64,000 nt of DNA from an uncultured Neptunomonas sp. (GCA_963974645.1 CAXBEA010000007.1:191-64190), one strand, 5' to 3'; positions 1-11,411 are shown, numbered from the stretch's first letter. Numbers and translations: made by a program. Notes: a model not told the origin generated them from the letters alone.

Positions 1-312
1 AGACGACCGGGTCACTCCCGTTATTTAAAATTGAACTGGCAGCCTTGTCTTTTGCTGAGTGATGGTCGCACGAGTAAGCATATGACTGCCGTGGCGGATG
101 TCTCGAATACGCAGACTTAACAGGTCACATCCTCGTAGTTTGCTATCAATCGCCAAGTTGTACATGGCTAGATCGCCAGTCTTATCCGCAACCTCTAGCC
201 TGATGCGAATGCCCCAAATGTCCTTGCGTTTGAGTGGCCGTTTTGGACCAAGTATCTTCCCCTTATTCCAGGGCTCTGGAGGGGTTATCGGCTCCCCAGT
301 GAAATGGTCCAT
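1..312 (-). pseudogene. Small phage-type tyrosine recombinase/integrase, N-terminal part, interrupted by an in-frame TAA at 25..27 and running off the window edge
   Basis: The 95-aa ORF shows the usual N-terminal pattern of this family (KRPLKRKDIWGIRIRLEV..DLAMYNLAIDSKLRGCDLLSLRIRDI..ITQQKTRLPVQF). After the TAA the same frame continues as ITGVTRSS. This fits the usual ..PVxFEITexTR.. continuation, so a GAA-to-TAA nonsense change is likely. Confidence 0.6.
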
Positions 313-432
313 AGCAGAATACCTCTTCTGTTAAGAGGTCTTTGAGTATGGCTCAGCCTTTAGGGGCATTCAGCAAAGGGGCCACCAAGGGAAGGTACTT
401 TTGCTACGAATTACACACAACTCGGATAAAAA

Positions 433-1101
433 TCAAAGCGTCCCTGCCAGCCAAAATCCGCCCAACACTAAGGTCAACGCGCCTAATAACCCCTTGGCGT
501 AATTAAAGAGATCGTTACCACGCGACAGCAGCCAACGCTGCGCCGCACCAAGCACCATTCCGAAGCCCAGCATACTGAGCAATACGCCAGCCGAAAAAAC
601 AGCAATGTAAGCGGCCCCCAGCATTGGCGAGCCATCAACCAACGATGGCAGTAATGCCAATAAGGGCGCGCTACCGGCGATACCGTGGATCACACCGACC
701 AATACAGGCAAGTGGTTGTCATGGGAGTGCCGATTATCAATCAGGTGGGTATGGCAGAGATCGCCGTGACGGTGAGTGTGCAACCGAAGCGTCGGTTTGT
801 ATAACCGAACCATCAACCAGCCCCCCGCTGCTATTAATAACAGGCCGATCGCACGCTCCGCCCATAGCCTGGCGGACTCACCCAACTGCCAGTCAAAGGC
901 CAGCAACAGCCAGGCAAGCATAGCGACCGTCACTCCGTGCCCCAGCGCCCAACGCCCGCAAAAAGTTACTATCCCGCGGGTAGTTACGCTTCGTTGGGAC
1001 AGGCTACTGACAGCCATAATATGATCCGCATCAAACGCATGTAGCAGCCCCAGGCTAAGTCCCGTACCGAGCAACAACAGCATAGTAGAATCAAACATCA
1101 T
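433..1101 (-). CDS. Nickel(/cobalt) permease, NiCoT/UreH-like membrane protein
   Basis: The protein is polytopic and hydrophobic. It has an HAFDADH (HX4DH-type) signature in the first TM region and a His-rich loop (HTHRHGDLCHTHLIDNRHSHDNH). It lies immediately downstream of ureG. Confidence 0.7.
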   Translation of the reverse strand: MMFDSTMLLLLGTGLSLGLLHAFDADHIMAVSSLSQRSVTTRGIVTFCGRWALGHGVTVAMLAWLLLAFDWQLGESARLWAERAIGLLLIAAGGWLMVRLYKPTLRLHTHRHGDLCHTHLIDNRHSHDNHLPVLVGVIHGIAGSAPLLALLPSLVDGSPMLGAAYIAVFSAGVLLSMLGFGMVLGAAQRWLLSRGNDLFNYAKGLLGALTLVLGGFWLAGTL

Positions 1102-1235
1102 GCTTCTCTTCTATTCCACCGCTATCAATATAAGCGCGATACCCGCCGCGGTTCTATTCTCCAGCATTAATTCTGGAAAGATCTGCTCCAGATGCTTGTT
1201 AACCGTGGATGGGCTTATTGACACTTGGCGACGTC

Positions 1236-1865
1236 TCATCCCGTTTTTAGAGTGCGCTTTTCAAGCATCCCCTGATCGATAATAAAGTCGATGATGGTTT
1301 GTAGACCCTGGCCGCTTTTTAGATTGCTAAATACGAATGGCCGCTCACCGCGCATCCGCTTTGCATCGCGATCCATCACGTCCAGATCTGCGCCTACAAG
1401 CGGAGCAAGGTCGATCTTGTTGATGATCAACAGATCCGATTTGGTGATGCCGGGACCGCCTTTGCGTGGGATTTTGTCGCCGGCCGAGACATCGATGACG
1501 TACAGGGTCAGATCCGATAGCTCGGGACTGAAGGTGGCGCTGAGGTTGTCACCACCGCTTTCGACCAGCACCAGTTCCAAACCAGGATGGCGGCTCTGCA
1601 GTTCGTCGATCGCAGCCAGATTCATCGACGCGTCCTCTCGAATCGCCGTGTGCGGACAACCGCCTGTTTCAACGCCGATGATGCGGTCGGCTTCGAGCGC
1701 CTGATGACGCAGCAGGAACTGCTCGTCCTCTTTGGTGTATATATCGTTGGTGACCACTGCAAGATCGTACTGCTCTCGTAGTACCGAGCACAGCTCTTTA
1801 AGTAGAGCTGTCTTGCCTGAACCGACTGGACCACCGACCCCGACGCGTAAACATTGTGAACTCAT
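1236..1865 (-). CDS. ureG: Urease accessory GTPase UreG
   Basis: Contains the P-loop [19 protein letters not shown] and NKIDL motifs. I trimmed the start to the ATG at 1865 ([12 protein letters not shown]), which is preceded by AAGGA. The longest ORF starts at 1886. Confidence 0.95.
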   Translation of the reverse strand: MSSQCLRVGVGGPVGSGKTALLKELCSVLREQYDLAVVTNDIYTKEDEQFLLRHQALEADRIIGVETGGCPHTAIREDASMNLAAIDELQSRHPGLELVLVESGGDNLSATFSPELSDLTLYVIDVSAGDKIPRKGGPGITKSDLLIINKIDLAPLVGADLDVMDRDAKRMRGERPFVFSNLKSGQGLQTIIDFIIDQGMLEKRTLKTG

Positions 1866-1920
1866 AGCGTTGTTCCTTGTTATCAATTGCTCAATTAGGA
1901 TTAATGCCTGTTAGTAACGC

Positions 1921-2598
1921 TCAGCTTCTGAACAGCCGTGAATATTGTGTTTCATGCTGTGCACTAGCCAATGCCAAACCAGGCAGAGTGGCGCCGAGCT
2001 GGTCATCGTCCAGAGATTGAGCCCTGGTTACCGCTACTTCGATCGTCGGCAGCAGCCGAATAATCAGTTTTTGGGCAGCGGTCTGTCCCAGTGGCAATAT
2101 CTTGCAGGCGACCGCGACCTGATTCTCCAGCCAGTTCCAGCCGAAGCCGTGCAGCAGCTCGCTGATGGGGACCTCAAAATACAATCCGGCGCGAGCGAAC
2201 TGGCTGCAAAAAGTTGGCTGTGGCGGCTGTTGATCGGCGCTATCGACTACCTCAAGCGATACCAGCAACCGTCGCAACGCCTGGCCGACTTGCTCGTCTT
2301 CAAACAGTAGCTCCTTGGTCTCGCGGTTGGCGCGCAGCCATCGGTTCCAATGCGCGACTTGTTGGGTATCGTTGGCTTGGTACGCCTCGACAAAGCGGAT
2401 CAGTAGCGGCAGTTCGACCCGCGCCAGTCCTTCGGCCAGCACGCCATGGAGCCAGTCGTAAATGTCATCGTCGCTCTGGAGCCAACCACTGTCGAGGGCG
2501 TACTCCAACCCTTGCGAATAGGCGAAACCGCCAATCGGTAGCGATGGGCTGACTAGATGCATCAGGTGTAGCAGCGCGGGTGATTGCATCGGGCTCAC
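1921..2598 (-). CDS. ureF: Urease accessory protein UreF
   Basis: The N-terminus LLHLMHLVSPSLPIGGFAYSQGLEYA is typical of UreF, and the gene sits between ureE and ureG. The start is either GTG at 2598 or ATG at 2589. Confidence 0.9.
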   Translation of the reverse strand: MSPMQSPALLHLMHLVSPSLPIGGFAYSQGLEYALDSGWLQSDDDIYDWLHGVLAEGLARVELPLLIRFVEAYQANDTQQVAHWNRWLRANRETKELLFEDEQVGQALRRLLVSLEVVDSADQQPPQPTFCSQFARAGLYFEVPISELLHGFGWNWLENQVAVACKILPLGQTAAQKLIIRLLPTIEVAVTRAQSLDDDQLGATLPGLALASAQHETQYSRLFRS

Positions 2599-3141
2599 TC
2601 AGTGACTGTGCGACTGATCGGTGTGGTGGTCATGCAAATGTGCGCCCTGCTTGTGGCTGTGCTGATGACCAGCTTCGTGACTGGGCTCGTGCTCTGCGTG
2701 CGAATGGCCACCGTGCGCGCCGTAAGCGCCATTCTCGGGGGAGAACGGTGCCTGTTCTTGCACCGTGGTCAAACCGTACAGTTCGGCCAGCTCCTGTAGC
2801 ACATGGTCGGGTTGAAACCTTAACCAGCGTTCGCCGACCTGCAGCGGTACATGACGATTACCCAGGTGGTAGCAGACCTTGGCAAACTGCAGCCAGTCGT
2901 CGCTGCTAGCGGTGACCACCGCTTCGGCTTCGGCCAAGACTTCAATCACGCCACCGCATTCGGTCTGTAATAGATCCCCGTGCTGCAACACCTGCCCGCG
3001 TTCGATAAACAGGCCGATATCACGACCGGATTCGGTTACGGCCTTGAAACGGCCGCGCTTACGCAGGTCGAACGGCAGGCTGAGGCGGTCGATCACCTCG
3101 GCGGGCTGGGAGCTGCTATAGCGTTGGCTGACTTTAAGCAT
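2599..3141 (-). CDS. ureE: Urease metallochaperone UreE with His-rich tail
   Basis: LGNRH core motif plus a C-terminal His-rich tail (HGGHSHAEHEPSHEAGHQHSHKQGAHLHDHHTDQSHSH). Operon position also fits. Confidence 0.9.
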   Translation of the reverse strand: MLKVSQRYSSSQPAEVIDRLSLPFDLRKRGRFKAVTESGRDIGLFIERGQVLQHGDLLQTECGGVIEVLAEAEAVVTASSDDWLQFAKVCYHLGNRHVPLQVGERWLRFQPDHVLQELAELYGLTTVQEQAPFSPENGAYGAHGGHSHAEHEPSHEAGHQHSHKQGAHLHDHHTDQSHSH

Positions 3142-3296
3142 GGTTGCTCCTTGTATGCGTTGAACGGTGCTGATTATTTTTTCAAATTCATCGGTAGCAG
3201 CGTTAGAACAAGAAATAGCGCTGTGGCTTTTTATGTAAACCGCCCTGCGCTAAAACAAGAAATAGCGCTGGGGCTCTTTGTATAAACCGCCTTGCG

Positions 3297-5002
<1,706 letters not shown>

Positions 5003-5003
<1 letters not shown>

Positions 5004-5341
5004 CAGTGCTCTCCTTCTGTAACAGAAGTATCTGAATCTAGCGGCCCCATCACATCACCCCTGAAACCGTAGATGGCCCGGCTACCGCCGATCGCCACCA
5101 GCTCGATCGTCCGGTGTTGGCCGGGCTCGAACCGCACCGCGGTACCGGCGGCGATATTGAGCCGAAAGCCTCGACTGGCGGCGCGGTCAAACTGCAGCCC
5201 CAGGTTGGTTTCAAAAAAATGGTAGTGCGAGCCAACCTGGATCGGTCGGTCGCCGACGTTTGCCACTTTGAGGCTCTGGGTGGCCAGCCCGCGGTTGAGT
5301 TCGATCTCGCCGGCCTTGATCTGAAGTTCGCCTGGGATCAT
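5003..5341 (-). CDS. ureB: Urease beta subunit UreB
   Basis: [26 protein letters not shown] is a typical UreB sequence. The stop overlaps the ureC ATG (TGATG). Confidence 0.95.
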
Positions 5342-5501
5342 GTTTCTTTACCTCTTATCTAAAGGTCGCTGCATGGCTAAGATCAGCGTGTCAGGGTTAG
5401 GCGGAAGTGGCCGAAAAAGCGCAGTTTACGAATAGTAAATGAGCATTTTGAGGGCGCTTCCAACGACACACTGGCGTGATTAGATAACTATGCACGAACT
5501 T

Positions 5502-5804
5502 TTATTGGATCGGCTGATGGACGGTGACCAGCTTGGTCCCGTCGGGGAAAGTCGCCTCGACCTGCACCTGATCGACCAGCTCGGCGATACCCTCCATCAC
5601 CTGCGCTCGGCTGAGGATGGTGCGGCCATAGCTCATCATCTCGGCCACCGTCTTGCCCTCGCGGGCACCCTCCATGATCGCGCATGAGATCAGCGCGATC
5701 GCTTCGGGATAGTTAAGCTTGAGGCCTTTGGCCAGTCGCCGCTCGGCCAGTAACCCAGCGGTGAACAGCATCAGTTTGTCTTTCTCTCTGGGCATCAGTT
5801 CCAT
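5502..5804 (-). CDS. ureA: Urease gamma subunit UreA
   Basis: 100 aa starting [35 protein letters not shown], which is canonical for UreA. Confidence 0.95.
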   Translation of the reverse strand: MELMPREKDKLMLFTAGLLAERRLAKGLKLNYPEAIALISCAIMEGAREGKTVAEMMSYGRTILSRAQVMEGIAELVDQVQVEATFPDGTKLVTVHQPIQ

Positions 5805-5843
5805 GTCAGCTCCCTGTCAAAATGTTGTTAAGTCGTCATAAAA

Positions 5844-6758
5844 TCAGGTCAGCCAGATGCGCGGAATAACCGCTTGGCGTTCGATCAACGCCGGCCGGAG
5901 TGTTTGCCACAGGGCAGTGAAGGCGTTACGCGCCTGTTCGCTGTCGTGACCGAGATAGCGGATGCATAGCACACCCAGCCGCCAGCTAATTGCCAATAAC
6001 GCATCCTCGGTGCTAGTTTTGTCAGAACATAAGTCGTTCCACTGCAGGCGCAGCTGCCCGATCAGTTCGACCGGTTCACTATCGAAGCCGACCGCATAGA
6101 GGTTGCCGACGATCGGATAGCCCTGCAGCCCCCAGCGTTGTTTGGCCAATGGACTGCCCGCCTGCAGGTGTTGTTTCTCCAGCAGCAGCGGCAGACCGTC
6201 GCGATAGATCGCCATATCCTGAAAGAAACAACCGGATTCAAATTTAATCGCGTTGGCGGGTCTACCTAGGCAGATGATCTCCCAACCGATAAAGCGGCTT
6301 TCGGCGGCCAGGTCTACTCGGGTGTTGCTATGACCCAGGGCACCGTCGTAGAGGATAGTCTCCTGCGGTAACCACTCCAGGGTGGCATCGGTATCGACAT
6401 TGAGGTTGACCTGTTGTTGCTGCGGTACGCCGCAGCTATCCCCCTTATAGATCTTGCCTGCTGACGGGGTGGTGATCAGTGCTACGCTGCCGGGTTCAAG
6501 TGACACCGAGATCTTCAATTGATCGCCGCTGACCAGTCCACCGGGTGGGTGCAGCAGGTAGACATGGCACACCGGCCCTTCAGGATAAAACGGTCGTTGT
6601 ACCCGCAGCGGCCCCCGATGGCTCAGACCGGGCAATGCGGTGCGACCGTTTCTGGGCTCGAATCGTAGCTCTATACTGGCCTGCCATTGGCGATGCAGGC
6701 CAAAACCGGTGGTCTTTGCGGTGGTCTTCGCGGTGGTGTTGCTCCACGCCTGGTTCAT
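5844..6758 (-). CDS. ureD: Urease accessory protein UreD
   Basis: 304 aa at the first position of the ure operon. Contains LLHPPGGLVSGD, typical of UreD/UreH. Confidence 0.85.
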   Translation of the reverse strand: MNQAWSNTTAKTTAKTTGFGLHRQWQASIELRFEPRNGRTALPGLSHRGPLRVQRPFYPEGPVCHVYLLHPPGGLVSGDQLKISVSLEPGSVALITTPSAGKIYKGDSCGVPQQQQVNLNVDTDATLEWLPQETILYDGALGHSNTRVDLAAESRFIGWEIICLGRPANAIKFESGCFFQDMAIYRDGLPLLLEKQHLQAGSPLAKQRWGLQGYPIVGNLYAVGFDSEPVELIGQLRLQWNDLCSDKTSTEDALLAISWRLGVLCIRYLGHDSEQARNAFTALWQTLRPALIERQAVIPRIWLT

Positions 6759-6788
6759 GATGAGTCTCTATAGGCAACGCGTTTTATA

Positions 6789-6838
6789 TAGCTAGTGGTA
6801 TATATATAGCTAGTGGTATAGCTAGTGGTATAGCTAGA
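6789..6838. repeat. 3.7 copies of the 12-mer TAGCTAGTGGTA directly upstream of ureD
   Basis: Perfect copies lie at 6789-6800, 6807-6818 and 6819-6830, with a partial copy at 6831-6838. This is 31-80 nt upstream of the ureD start codon. Confidence 0.9.
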
Positions 6839-6977
6839 GCAAAAACCAGACCAGTCGGGCAGATCTGTGAATGGGATATTCAAATATTTTCGATGGGGCT
6901 CTTAGATAGCGCTATAGATGGGTGCCGGGCTAAGCCAGAAAGAATGAGACTGGATCCCTATACGGTTGGCTTGATTC

Positions 6978-7034
6978 AAAAAGGTGCGCATTCGTTGTTC
7001 TGGCGCTCTATTGGTGCGGAAAGCGCACCTTTTT
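6978..7034. terminator. Long inverted repeat between urtE and ureD, a possible terminator and/or regulator site
   Basis: The arms are AAAAAGGTGCGC (6978-6989) and GCGCACCTTTTT (7023-7034). An inner palindrome GGTGCG-gaaag-CGCACC lies at 7013-7029. There are T/A runs on both sides. Confidence 0.45.
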
Positions 7035-7051
7035 GGATCGTTTGTGGAGGC

Positions 7052-7747
7052 TTAAACCGTTAAGAACTCGCGCACCAGTTCGTCGCTAAGCTGGTCGATT
7101 GTCCCAGTGGCAACGCTCTTGCCACGATCAAGAATACAGAAGTGATCGGCCACCTTGCGGGCGAAGGGTAGCTTCTGTTCGACCAGTAGTACGGTCAAAC
7201 CTATATCACGGTTAAGTTTACGAATAATGTCACCGATCTCGGCCACCACGTTGGGCTGGATCCCCTCGGTCGGCTCATCCAAGATGAGTAGCTTGGGATC
7301 AGTCACCAGGGCCCGTCCTATTGCCAGCTGTTGTTGCTGGCCGCCGGAGAGGTCGCCGCCACGGCGGTGCAACATCTCTTTTAACACCGGGAACAGCTGG
7401 TAGATAAACTCAGGGATGCGTTTTAAACCGTCATTTCGCGCAGGCAAACCGATCAGTAGGTTCTCCTCCACTGTCATCAATGAGAAGATCTGCCTTCCCT
7501 GGGGTACATAGCCTATCCCCAGGCTGGCACGTTTCTCGGCCGACATCGTCCGTAGGTCTATACCATCAAAATCGAGTAGGCCTGACTGGGTCGGGAGTAA
7601 CCCCATTACGCATTGCAGCAGCGTGGTTTTTCCGACCCCGTTACGGCCCATCAAACAGGTACAGGCGCCTTCGGGAACATCCAGGTTAAGATCCCACAGG
7701 GTGTGGCTCTGGCCGTAGTATTGGTTCAATCCTTTCACTCTCAACAT
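7052..7747 (-). CDS. urtE: Urea ABC transporter ATP-binding protein UrtE
   Basis: LivF-like ABC ATPase (GRNGVGKTT, LSGGQQQ, LILDEP) in the last position of the urt operon. Confidence 0.9.
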   Translation of the reverse strand: MLRVKGLNQYYGQSHTLWDLNLDVPEGACTCLMGRNGVGKTTLLQCVMGLLPTQSGLLDFDGIDLRTMSAEKRASLGIGYVPQGRQIFSLMTVEENLLIGLPARNDGLKRIPEFIYQLFPVLKEMLHRRGGDLSGGQQQQLAIGRALVTDPKLLILDEPTEGIQPNVVAEIGDIIRKLNRDIGLTVLLVEQKLPFARKVADHFCILDRGKSVATGTIDQLSDELVREFLTV

Positions 7748-7791
7748 CGCGGGTAATCCTTGTCGTTGCCTTTCGTACGGTTACTCACCTG

Positions 7792-8637
7792 CTATTCACC
7801 AAGGTAGACCTCGATCACCTTGGAATTGTTTTGGACCTGGTCCATCGTGCCTTCAGCCAGTACCGAGCCTTGATGCAGCACCGTGACAGTGCGGGCGATC
7901 GAGCGGACAAAGTCCATGTCGTGCTCGACCACTACCACCGAGCGCTCGCCAGCGAGCGAGGTGAGTAGTTCGCCGGTACGGTCCATCTCCTGGTGGGTCA
8001 TTCCCGCTACCGGTTCGTCGACCAATAGTAGCTTGGGGTTCTGCATCAGCAGCATACCGATCTCCAGCCACTGTTTCTGGCCGTGCGACAGCACTCCAGC
8101 GGGACGGGCATAGAGCGCTTTCAGACCGATCATCTGCAACGTTTCATCGATCCGGTCATGTTGTTCTGAGTTGATCGAGGCGCGGAATGTGGGCCAGACC
8201 CCTTTGCTACCAGACATCGACAGCTCCAGATTTTCAAACACACTCAACTGTTCAAACACGGTCGGCTTTTGAAACTTGCGCCCGATTCCGGCTTCGGCGA
8301 TCTCTGCTTCGCTCAGCTTGAGCAGGTCAATTTTCTGACCAAACCAAGCCTGACCGCTATCGGGCTGCGTCTTGCCGGTGATGATATCCATCATGGTGGT
8401 CTTGCCAGCCCCATTGGGGCCGATAATGCAGCGCAGCTCGCCTGGTTCGATATACAGATTGAGGTTATTGATCGCCTTGAAGCCGTCGAAACTAACGCTG
8501 AGATCTTCCAGATAGAGTATGCAGTTGTGGCTTAAATCAAGGCGACTAGAAGCCGCTGGTTTGAGAAATTCAAACACTTGATCACGCTTAAGCCAGTCGG
8601 GGGCCATGCCCGTTGAGGTCAATTCAATCGAAGTCAT
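7792..8637 (-). CDS. urtD: Urea ABC transporter ATP-binding protein UrtD
   Basis: LivG-like ABC ATPase (GPNGAGKTT, LSHGQKQ, LLVDEP) with the N-terminal extension common in UrtD. Confidence 0.9.
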   Translation of the reverse strand: MTSIELTSTGMAPDWLKRDQVFEFLKPAASSRLDLSHNCILYLEDLSVSFDGFKAINNLNLYIEPGELRCIIGPNGAGKTTMMDIITGKTQPDSGQAWFGQKIDLLKLSEAEIAEAGIGRKFQKPTVFEQLSVFENLELSMSGSKGVWPTFRASINSEQHDRIDETLQMIGLKALYARPAGVLSHGQKQWLEIGMLLMQNPKLLLVDEPVAGMTHQEMDRTGELLTSLAGERSVVVVEHDMDFVRSIARTVTVLHQGSVLAEGTMDQVQNNSKVIEVYLGE

Positions 8638-9797
8638 AGCGACGCTCCCTTCAGGCGGGTTTGGGTGCTGACGGGATCTGCAGAATCGGTTTTCTGCTCA
8701 TCGTCGTTGTTGCGGTTACCCTTCTTTTTATCGAACAAGCCGACAATTCCCTGCGGTAGGTACAGCGTCACTAGTACGAACAGAGCGCCTAGCGCAAATA
8801 GCCAGGCCTCAGGCATCGCTGCGGTAAGGTAACTTTTTCCGTAGTTGACCAGCAACGCTCCGGCAACGGCACCGAACAGCGTGGCGCGGCCGCCGACGGC
8901 AACCCAGACCACCGCCTCGATCGAGTTTAACGGTGAGAATTCATTCGGGTTGATGATGCCGACCTGCGGCACATAGAGTGCACCAGCAACACCAGCCAGC
9001 ACCGCCGATAGGGTAAACACCGCCAGCTTTATCTTCTCGACCCGGTAGCCGATAAAACGGACCCGGGTTTCAGCATCACGAATTGCCACACTGACCCTGC
9101 CCAAGCGCGAGTTGGTTATCATACGGCAGAGCAGGTAACCCAGCGTCAACGCCACAGCAGAGGCGATAAACAAGCCGAGTCGGGTGCTATCGGCCTGTAA
9201 ACTGAAGCCAAGGATATCCTTAAAATCGGTCAGACCGTTGTTGCCGCCAAATCCCATCTCGTTGCGGAAGAACGCCAGCATCAACGCATAGGTCATCGCC
9301 TGAGTGATGATCGACAAGTAAACGCCGGTGACCCGCGAGCGGAACGCCAACCAGCCAAAGACGAACGCCAGCAGTCCAGGGATCAGCAGCACCATGATCA
9401 TGGCGAACCAGAACTGGTCGAATCCAGCCCAGAACCAAGGTAGCTCCTGCAGATTCAAGAACACCATAAAGTCGGGCAGATCCGGGTTGCCGTAGACGCC
9501 GCGATCACCGATCTGGCGCATCAGGTACATCCCCATCGCATAGCCACCCAGCGCAAAGAAGGCGCCGTGACCCAGGCTGAGAATACCCAGGTAGCCCCAG
9601 GCCAGGTCGACAGCGACCGCCAATAGCGCGTAGCAAAGGTACTTGCCCATCAGCGTAATGGTATAGGTCGGCACATATAGTACCGAGTCTTCTGACAGCA
9701 GCAGATTGGACAGACTTACGCCGACGGTGACCAGCAGCAACAGCGCCAACATGATCTGGCCGCCCCTGTCGTTTTTGAGGATACGTTTAATAAACAT
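8634..9797 (-). CDS. urtC: Urea ABC transporter permease UrtC
   Basis: LivM-like polytopic permease. Its 4-nt overlap with urtD indicates translational coupling. Confidence 0.9.
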   Translation of the reverse strand: MFIKRILKNDRGGQIMLALLLLVTVGVSLSNLLLSEDSVLYVPTYTITLMGKYLCYALLAVAVDLAWGYLGILSLGHGAFFALGGYAMGMYLMRQIGDRGVYGNPDLPDFMVFLNLQELPWFWAGFDQFWFAMIMVLLIPGLLAFVFGWLAFRSRVTGVYLSIITQAMTYALMLAFFRNEMGFGGNNGLTDFKDILGFSLQADSTRLGLFIASAVALTLGYLLCRMITNSRLGRVSVAIRDAETRVRFIGYRVEKIKLAVFTLSAVLAGVAGALYVPQVGIINPNEFSPLNSIEAVVWVAVGGRATLFGAVAGALLVNYGKSYLTAAMPEAWLFALGALFVLVTLYLPQGIVGLFDKKKGNRNNDDEQKTDSADPVSTQTRLKGASL

Positions 9798-9800
9798 CGA

Positions 9801-11411
9801 TTAACCCTCGGCCGCTCGGCCTTTTTGCGGGAACAATCCACGCGGTCGTTTTTGAATGAATAGGATGATGAATACCAGCACCAGAATCTTGGCTAGCACC
9901 GCTCCGGCCCAAGGCTCCATTACCTTGTTGGCGATCCCCAGCGACAGACCCGCAACCAGCGTGCCCCACAGGTTGCCGACGCCGCCAAACACCACCACCA
10001 TGAACGAGTCGATGATATAGGCTTGCCCCAAGTTAGGACCGACGTTGGTCAACTGGCTCAAAGCCACTCCAGCCACACCGGCGACCCCAGATCCCAGACC
10101 AAAGGTCATAGCGTCGACCCATTCCGAGCGTACACCCATGGCGCGCGCCATCTGTCGGTTCTGCGATACCGCCCGTACCTGCAATCCCAGCCGGGTACGT
10201 TTGAGGATCATGTGCAGGGTGAAGAACACCAGCAGGCAGAAGGCGATGATGTAGAGCCGGTTAAGTGTTAACGAAAATATAGGGTTGAGTTCCCACACGC
10301 CGCTCATCCATGCGGGTGTTTCGACCTGCCGGTTCAGTGGCGAGAACACCGTGCGCACCGCCTGTTGCAGCACCAGGCTTAGCCCGAAGGTGGCTAGCAG
10401 GGTTTCCAGCGGCCGGCCATACAGATGCCGGATCACCCCACGCTCGATCGCGATGCCAACCATACCCGAGACTAGAAACGCGGCGGGTACCGCGACCAAC
10501 AGTGAATACTCGATCGAATTAGGCATCAGTTGCTGGACCACATAGGTGGTATAGGCACCTATCATAATCAGCTCGCCGTGGGCCATGTTGATCACCCCCA
10601 TGACGCCAAATGTGATAGCCAGACCGATCGCAGCCAGAATCAGCACCGAGCCCAGGCTTAAACCGAAGAACAGTGTTTGCAGGTTGCCGAATAGATCGAC
10701 GCGATCGTCGATGCTTTTTAATACCGCGGTCGCTCTGTTGCGAACGGTCTTGTCCGAGTCGGCGCTGGTGAGCAAATTGATCCGATTACGCACCGGTGGG
10801 TAGAGACTGTCGTCGAGCTGGTTTAACGCCGACAGCCGGACATCTTTATCGTTACTGTCGAGCTGCGCCAGTGCAATGGCAACACTCAGCAGCTTGTTGA
10901 CCTCAGTATCGGTTTCCAACTTACGACGCTGCTGTAATAGAGGTAGGGCTGAACCGTCAATTTCTGACAACATGGCCTCTAACGCATCGTGCCTTACCTG
11001 CGCCGATTCGCTGCCCAGCTGCATTTCGGCGATTGCCTGGGTCAATTGCGATCGTAGGGTGTTATTGATCGAAACCTTCTTGACCTTACGCTTGCCGGTA
11101 CTGCCCAGATCTTCGCCGGTGACAGCGTCGGCCAGCTGGACCTCACTGTCTAACTTGACGACCAGTACGATGCGATTGTCTTTTTTACGGAAATACAGTT
11201 CGCCACGGCTCATCGCTTGTAACAGTTCGAGCGCTTGCTCGTGTTGAGAGTCGGCCAGCAGTTTGATCGCCTCAGATTTCTTGCTAAAGCTTTTTTCTGT
11301 CAGCAGCTGTAGCCCTTGCTCAAAGCTGTTGTCGGCGGCGTTGGCCAGCGGTGCCAGCAGGACGCTAGCTGCAAGTAATAATGCGGCCAGCGCCTCGAGG
11401 CTGTAACGCAT
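9801..11411 (-). CDS. urtB: Urea ABC transporter permease UrtB with an N-terminal periplasmic extension
   Basis: The C-terminal half is a LivH-like permease. I trimmed the start to the ATG at 11411, which gives a signal peptide (MRYSLEALAALLLAASVLLAPLANA). The longest ORF reaches 11546. Confidence 0.85.
   Translation of the reverse strand: MRYSLEALAALLLAASVLLAPLANAADNSFEQGLQLLTEKSFSKKSEAIKLLADSQHEQALELLQAMSRGELYFRKKDNRIVLVVKLDSEVQLADAVTGEDLGSTGKRKVKKVSINNTLRSQLTQAIAEMQLGSESAQVRHDALEAMLSEIDGSALPLLQQRRKLETDTEVNKLLSVAIALAQLDSNDKDVRLSALNQLDDSLYPPVRNRINLLTSADSDKTVRNRATAVLKSIDDRVDLFGNLQTLFFGLSLGSVLILAAIGLAITFGVMGVINMAHGELIMIGAYTTYVVQQLMPNSIEYSLLVAVPAAFLVSGMVGIAIERGVIRHLYGRPLETLLATFGLSLVLQQAVRTVFSPLNRQVETPAWMSGVWELNPIFSLTLNRLYIIAFCLLVFFTLHMILKRTRLGLQVRAVSQNRQMARAMGVRSEWVDAMTFGLGSGVAGVAGVALSQLTNVGPNLGQAYIIDSFMVVVFGGVGNLWGTLVAGLSLGIANKVMEPWAGAVLAKILVLVFIILFIQKRPRGLFPQKGRAAEG

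Noticed and set aside
6923-6938. Sigma54-like element (minus strand CTGGCTTAGCCCGGCA) upstream of ureD
   Set aside because: The GG and GC dinucleotides are one nucleotide closer together than in the consensus, which normally abolishes sigma54 binding. Not called.
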